DNA of 64,000 nt from Candidatus Marinacidobacterales bacterium (GTDB lineage: Bacteria; Acidobacteriota; Vicinamibacteria; Marinacidobacterales; DATDRI01), in the NCBI GenBank assembly GCA_965226495.1, contig OZ245365.1:1952001-2016000 (forward strand), given 5' to 3'. The notes beneath the pieces were generated by a model. That model was not told the origin of the DNA and made no database searches. It saw nothing but the letters and a program-made list of their open reading frames with translations. The position numbers and the translations under genes were made by a program. Shown piece by piece: positions 60,408 through 64,000 of the stretch (positions within the stretch are counted from its first letter, which is position 1; the number at the start of each line of letters is the position of its first letter).

Positions 60408-60806
60408 ATGCAGGAGAGAAGCGTCGGAACGACCCCAAGTGCCGCACCAGCCATGGCCACGTGTGTGGCCGGTTGGCTTGTTCCCGGCCTGGGCCATGTG
60501 ATGCTACGCCGATGGTGGCACGGGTTCATCTTCATGATGATCGTCACTACCATGTTCGGGCTCGGTCTCTACTTGGACGGAGAGCTTTTTCGTTTGGATG
60601 GAACCCGCCCGCTGACCCTTTTGGCCGGTCTTGCGGAGATGGGTGTGGGGTTGCCGTACTTCTCCGCCCGATTGCTGGAGTTGGGAGTGGGACAGGTAGA
60701 GTCCGTGACCTACGAATACGGCTATACTTTTTTGATCGTGGCTGGGCTTCTCAACATGCTCATTCTGTTGGACGCTTATGATATCGCGACCGGGCGAAAG
60801 AGCTAG
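60408..60806 (+). CDS. Conserved membrane protein (DUF6677-like)
   Basis: WLVPGLGH...EYGYTFLIVAGLLNMLILLDAYDIA; family name recalled, not searched. Confidence 0.7.
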   Translation: MQERSVGTTPSAAPAMATCVAGWLVPGLGHVMLRRWWHGFIFMMIVTTMFGLGLYLDGELFRLDGTRPLTLLAGLAEMGVGLPYFSARLLELGVGQVESVTYEYGYTFLIVAGLLNMLILLDAYDIATGRKS

Positions 60807-60833
60807 ATTGGAGTCCTTGGAGCTCTTGGAGCA

Positions 60834-61007
60834 ATGACTAGCCATTTTGTGATTCTGGCGGTTTTTGCGGCCCTGGTTTCGGGGGCGTTCGCACTGCTGA
60901 TGCGAGAAGGTCGTTCGCACCAGATACGTTTCGGTGTCTTCGTGTTCTTTTGCTTCGTCGCCTCGGCTTTCGTTCTGGGTTGGCTCATGTTGCCCTTCCC
61001 CTCCTGA
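60834..61007 (+). CDS. Small two-TM membrane protein, 57 aa (not in ORF track)
   Basis: MTSHFVILAVFAALVSGAFALLMREGRSHQIRFGVFVFFCFVASAFVLGWLMLPFPS; GGAG RBS; fills the gap in a co-oriented operon. Confidence 0.75.
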   Translation: MTSHFVILAVFAALVSGAFALLMREGRSHQIRFGVFVFFCFVASAFVLGWLMLPFPS

Positions 61008-61031
61008 AAGTCAGGGGAGCGGGAGCGCCTA

Positions 61032-61475
61032 GTGATCCTTTCGTTCCTGCGCTGGTGGAGCCCTCTGCTGGCGTACATGGTGGTCATTTTTCTCGTGTCC
61101 TCTGCTTCCCGACCCTCGCTGCTCCAGTACGCGCCCGATTACATGTGGCACTTCGTTGGGTATTTCGTCATGGGATTGCTCGCGATTCGTGCGTTCGCGC
61201 GCGGCCTTGAATACCCTGCTGGGGGGAAAGCGGCACTGTTCGGCGTTATGCTCGCCTTGGTCTACGCTGTGAGCGACGAGTGGCACCAAAGTTTCGTCCC
61301 GGGTCGAGTCGCTAGTCTTCATGACATCACCGCGGACGCCATGGGCATCATAAGCGCCGTCGTAGCGCTCTACATCGGTTGGTCCTGGAAGGGCACGGCG
61401 GGAGAGCCTTCAGCTGTCGCGCAGGCGCGCAGCCGCCGAAGCGACAGGCCTGGGGGTGGGGCCCCAGGCCATTGA
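61032..61475 (+). CDS. VanZ family membrane protein
   Basis: YMVVIFLVSS, DYMWHFVGY, YAVSDEWHQSFVPGR, DITAD. Confidence 0.85.
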   Translation: MILSFLRWWSPLLAYMVVIFLVSSASRPSLLQYAPDYMWHFVGYFVMGLLAIRAFARGLEYPAGGKAALFGVMLALVYAVSDEWHQSFVPGRVASLHDITADAMGIISAVVALYIGWSWKGTAGEPSAVAQARSRRSDRPGGGAPGH

Positions 61476-61492
61476 TGAATGAGTACTAAGCC

Positions 61493-61611
61493 ATGACAAC
61501 TAAGCAAGACACCGAAATCTACGTCGTCAGGGTCGGTTCGGTCTCGCGACGGCTTGGACGGTTTGCACCGGGGGAGGCCAGGGCATCGCGATGATCGTCG
61601 AAGCCCACTAA
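61493..61611 (+). pseudogene. Thiolase (acetyl-CoA acetyltransferase) remnant, internally deleted
   Basis: N-terminal-like MTTKQDTEIYVV joined out of frame to LRRQGRFGLATAWTVCTGGGQGIAMIVEAH*, the thiolase C-terminal CxGGGQG signature; directly upstream of hbd-crt. Confidence 0.75.
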
Positions 61612-61637
61612 CGATGACAGGGCGGCAAGGGGGAGTC

Positions 61638-62489
61638 ATGGAAATCAAGAAGGTAGGTGTGGTGGGTTGTGGTCTTATGGGATCCGGGATCACCCAGGTA
61701 TCCGCCGACTCCGGTTACGAGACAGTCGTACACGAGATTAACAGCGATCTCCTTCAGAAGGGTTTGGGCAACATCGACCGGTTCCTCAGCAAAGGCGTCA
61801 GGAAGGGTAAACTCACGGAGGACAGAAAGAAAGAGATCCTGAACCGGGTCCACGGAACCACGCGGCTACAGGACCTCAGTGGGGCCGATCTGATCATCGA
61901 AGCGATTGTCGAGAACCTAGACGCAAAATTCGAGTTGTACCGAGCGCTCGACGAAATAAGCGGACCGGAGACGATTTTTTCGAGCAATACGTCTTCGCTT
62001 TGCATCACGCAACTCGCCGCGGGCACGAAGCGCCCGCAACGCTTCGTAGGGCTTCACTTCTTCAATCCGGTGCCGCTCATGAAAGTGGTGGAGGTGGTCT
62101 CTACCATCATCACGGAATCCGGGGTCCCCGAGCTCGTCTCCGGTTTTGCTCGCTCGTTGGGAAAAACGCCCATCCGGGCGCCCGACCGACCGGGCTTCAT
62201 CGTCAATCGGCTTCTCGTTCCCTATTTGCTGGACTCGATCCGAGCGCTGGAAGAAGGCGTGGGCAGCAAGGAGGATATGGACGCTGGGATGAAGCTCGGG
62301 TGTGGACATCCAATGGGCCCGTTCGAGCTCTTAGACTTCGTGGGGCTGGATACGACGTTCTACATTGCTAACATTATGTATGAGGAATTTCGGGAAAAGC
62401 GTTTCGCTCCGCCGTCTCTTCTGCGACGAATGGTCCTGGCCGGTCAGTTGGGGCGGAAGTCGGGTAAAGGGTTCTATGATTACGCGTGA
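61638..62489 (+). CDS. hbd: 3-hydroxybutyryl-CoA dehydrogenase
   Basis: VVGCGLMGSGI, IEAIVE, SNTSS, HFFNPVP, PGFIVNRLL, HPMGP, GRKSGKGFY. Confidence 0.92.
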   Translation: MEIKKVGVVGCGLMGSGITQVSADSGYETVVHEINSDLLQKGLGNIDRFLSKGVRKGKLTEDRKKEILNRVHGTTRLQDLSGADLIIEAIVENLDAKFELYRALDEISGPETIFSSNTSSLCITQLAAGTKRPQRFVGLHFFNPVPLMKVVEVVSTIITESGVPELVSGFARSLGKTPIRAPDRPGFIVNRLLVPYLLDSIRALEEGVGSKEDMDAGMKLGCGHPMGPFELLDFVGLDTTFYIANIMYEEFREKRFAPPSLLRRMVLAGQLGRKSGKGFYDYA

Positions 62490-62495
62490 GGGAAC

Positions 62496-63278
62496 ATGAC
62501 ATTTCAAAACTTGTTGACCGAGACCCGTGACGGGATCGCGTTCGTAACCATCAATCGACCCAAGCAACTCAATGCGCTCAACGAAGAGACGATTGGCGAG
62601 CTGGATAAGCTCTTCGCCGATTTGGAGGCGGACGAGGCCGTCAAGGGAGTCATCGTCACCGGCTCGGGAGAGAAGGCTTTCGTGGCCGGTGCGGATATCA
62701 AGGAACTGGCCGCAGAGACTCCTACCACCGGACACCAAACGACCTTGCGCGGGCAGTCGGTGATGCGAAGAATGGAGACGTCTGGGAAACCCGTGGTGGC
62801 CGCCATCAACGGATTTGCGCTCGGCGGGGGGATGGAGCTGGCGCTCGCCTGTCACATTCGCGTCGCCGCCGAGGAGGCGAAGATGGGTCTCCCGGAAGTT
62901 AAGCTGGCTGTGATCCCCGGCTACGGAGGAACACAGCGCTTGGCTCGGATCGTGGGCAGAGGCAGGGCGCTGGAATTGATCCTGACCGGGGAGATGATTG
63001 ACGCGGCGGAGGCCCACCGCATCGGGTTGGTGAACCGGGTCGTGCCGCGAGCCGAGCTACTCGGCGAGGCGGAGGCTTTGATGCGCAAGATTCTCGCCAA
63101 TGGACCACTGGCGATACGTTATGCGATTCGTGCGGTGGATCAAGGTCTCGATGGCAGCCTTGAGAAAGGCCTGGACCTGGAGGCCTCGCTTTTCGCGATT
63201 CTCTGTGCGACGGAAGATATGAAGGAAGGTATGCAAGCGTTTCTCGAGAAACGCGCAGCCAAGTTTAGGGGCCAATGA
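62496..63278 (+). CDS. crt: Enoyl-CoA hydratase (crotonase)
   Basis: INRPKQLNALN, AFVAGADI, AINGFALGGGMELA, GLPEV..PGYGGTQRL. Confidence 0.9.
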   Translation: MTFQNLLTETRDGIAFVTINRPKQLNALNEETIGELDKLFADLEADEAVKGVIVTGSGEKAFVAGADIKELAAETPTTGHQTTLRGQSVMRRMETSGKPVVAAINGFALGGGMELALACHIRVAAEEAKMGLPEVKLAVIPGYGGTQRLARIVGRGRALELILTGEMIDAAEAHRIGLVNRVVPRAELLGEAEALMRKILANGPLAIRYAIRAVDQGLDGSLEKGLDLEASLFAILCATEDMKEGMQAFLEKRAAKFRGQ

Positions 63279-63297
63279 ATTTTCTTCTTCCGCTCTT

Positions 63298-63372
63298 CCC
63301 TCTCCCTTTGGGAGAGGGTGGCGTCAGGACACGCGGGGCCGTTAGAAAGGTGGCCGGACGCCGGGTGAGGGT
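63298..63372. repeat. REP-like palindromic element (second copy)
   Basis: CCCTCTCCCTTTGGGAGAGGG identical to 30451-30471, then an inserted GGCGTC..GACGCC hairpin and GGGTGAGGG. Confidence 0.8.
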
Positions 63373-63375
63373 TCC

Positions 63376-63849
63376 TTGAAGATCTTAGAAGGCAAACCCA
63401 GCGGGAAGGGGCTCCGCTTTGGAGTGGTGGTGGGCCGCTTCAACAGTTTCGTAACCGACAAGCTTCTCGACGGGGCCCTCGAGGCTCTGAAGGGTTGCGG
63501 AGTGGAAGAGGACGATATGGTTGTGGTTCGGGTGCCCGGTTCTTTCGAGATCCCTCCGGTAGCGAAGAAACTCGCCGACTCGGGTCGTTTCCATGCCGTG
63601 GTCTGTCTTGGCGCTATTATCAAGGGGGAGACCCCCCACTGGGACTACCTCGGCCGGACGGTATCGGATGCGATCGAGAGGACCGCGCTCGAATCGGGCG
63701 TTCCTCTGACGTTGGGGATTATCACAACCGAAACACGAGACACTGCGCTCGCGCGCGCCGAGGAGCGGGGAGATAACCGAGGTTACAACGCGGCCATCGC
63801 CGCGGTAGAGATGGCGGACCTCTATCGCCAGATGGAAGGGAGTCACTAG
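63376..63849 (+). CDS. ribH: 6,7-dimethyl-8-ribityllumazine synthase
   Basis: GRFN, VPGSFEIP, CLGAIIKGETPH. Confidence 0.93.
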   Translation: MKILEGKPSGKGLRFGVVVGRFNSFVTDKLLDGALEALKGCGVEEDDMVVVRVPGSFEIPPVAKKLADSGRFHAVVCLGAIIKGETPHWDYLGRTVSDAIERTALESGVPLTLGIITTETRDTALARAEERGDNRGYNAAIAAVEMADLYRQMEGSH

Positions 63850-63918
63850 GTCCCCCGTGTTGAGGCCCGGGGCGCGGTTGCCGGGTGGTCGGGGTGTTGT
63901 CCAGAGCGGGGAAGCATT

Positions 63919-64000
63919 GTGGGTTCACGAAGGAAAGGACGGGAGCTGGCAGTCCAAATGCTCTACCAATGGGAGATCAGCGAAGAGCCCATCGCGCGAG
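63919..64000 (+). CDS. nusB: Transcription antitermination factor NusB, 5' part (runs off the right edge)
   Basis: GTG start, MGSRRKGRELAVQMLYQWEIS; classic position after ribH. Confidence 0.85.
   Translation, partial: MGSRRKGRELAVQMLYQWEISEEPIAR

Noticed and set aside
61032-61475. Glycopeptide resistance locus
   Set aside because: Lone VanZ-family gene with no vanHAX; the family is widespread.
63279-63375. FMN riboswitch before ribH
   Set aside because: Conserved RFN sequence blocks are absent; the space is filled by a REP-like element.

Overview
GC-rich bacterial chromosomal window, densely coding (about 60 genes). The gene content (GWxTD protein, Oar-like TonB-dependent receptor, ASPIC/UnbV-CRTAC1 pair, uvrB-mlaEFD, DUF4388 regulator) suggests Acidobacteriota; this is an inference. 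No rRNA, tRNA, CRISPR array or intact transposase was seen. The right two-thirds is dominated by nucleic-acid scavenging. It holds a pyrimidine catabolic module (beta-ureidopropionase, class III aminotransferase, LLM oxidoreductase, NCS1 permease, CoA-transferase, SsnA-like amidohydrolase) and a Se/Mo-hydroxylase accessory and purine-fermentation-like block (CysK-like, ThrC-like, YqeC, MocA, XdhC, carbamate kinase, Hpt). It also holds RpiB and DeoC carrying microcompartment-type N-terminal extensions with no shell genes in view, a TonB receptor/CRTAC1/TPR/TonB block, and pdp-nupC-punA-cdd, upp and a second hpt. Features missed by the ORF track: partial speA and nusB at the edges, a 57-aa membrane protein, a thiolase gene collapsed to about 120 bp in front of hbd-crt, an in-frame TGA in a K+ channel gene, a 104-bp TA-bounded MITE-like element, REP-like repeats and an (AGTTATC)5 array. 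Eight frameshifts between 44.8 and 49.9 kb look like long-read errors. All product calls come from motif recognition, not database searches.
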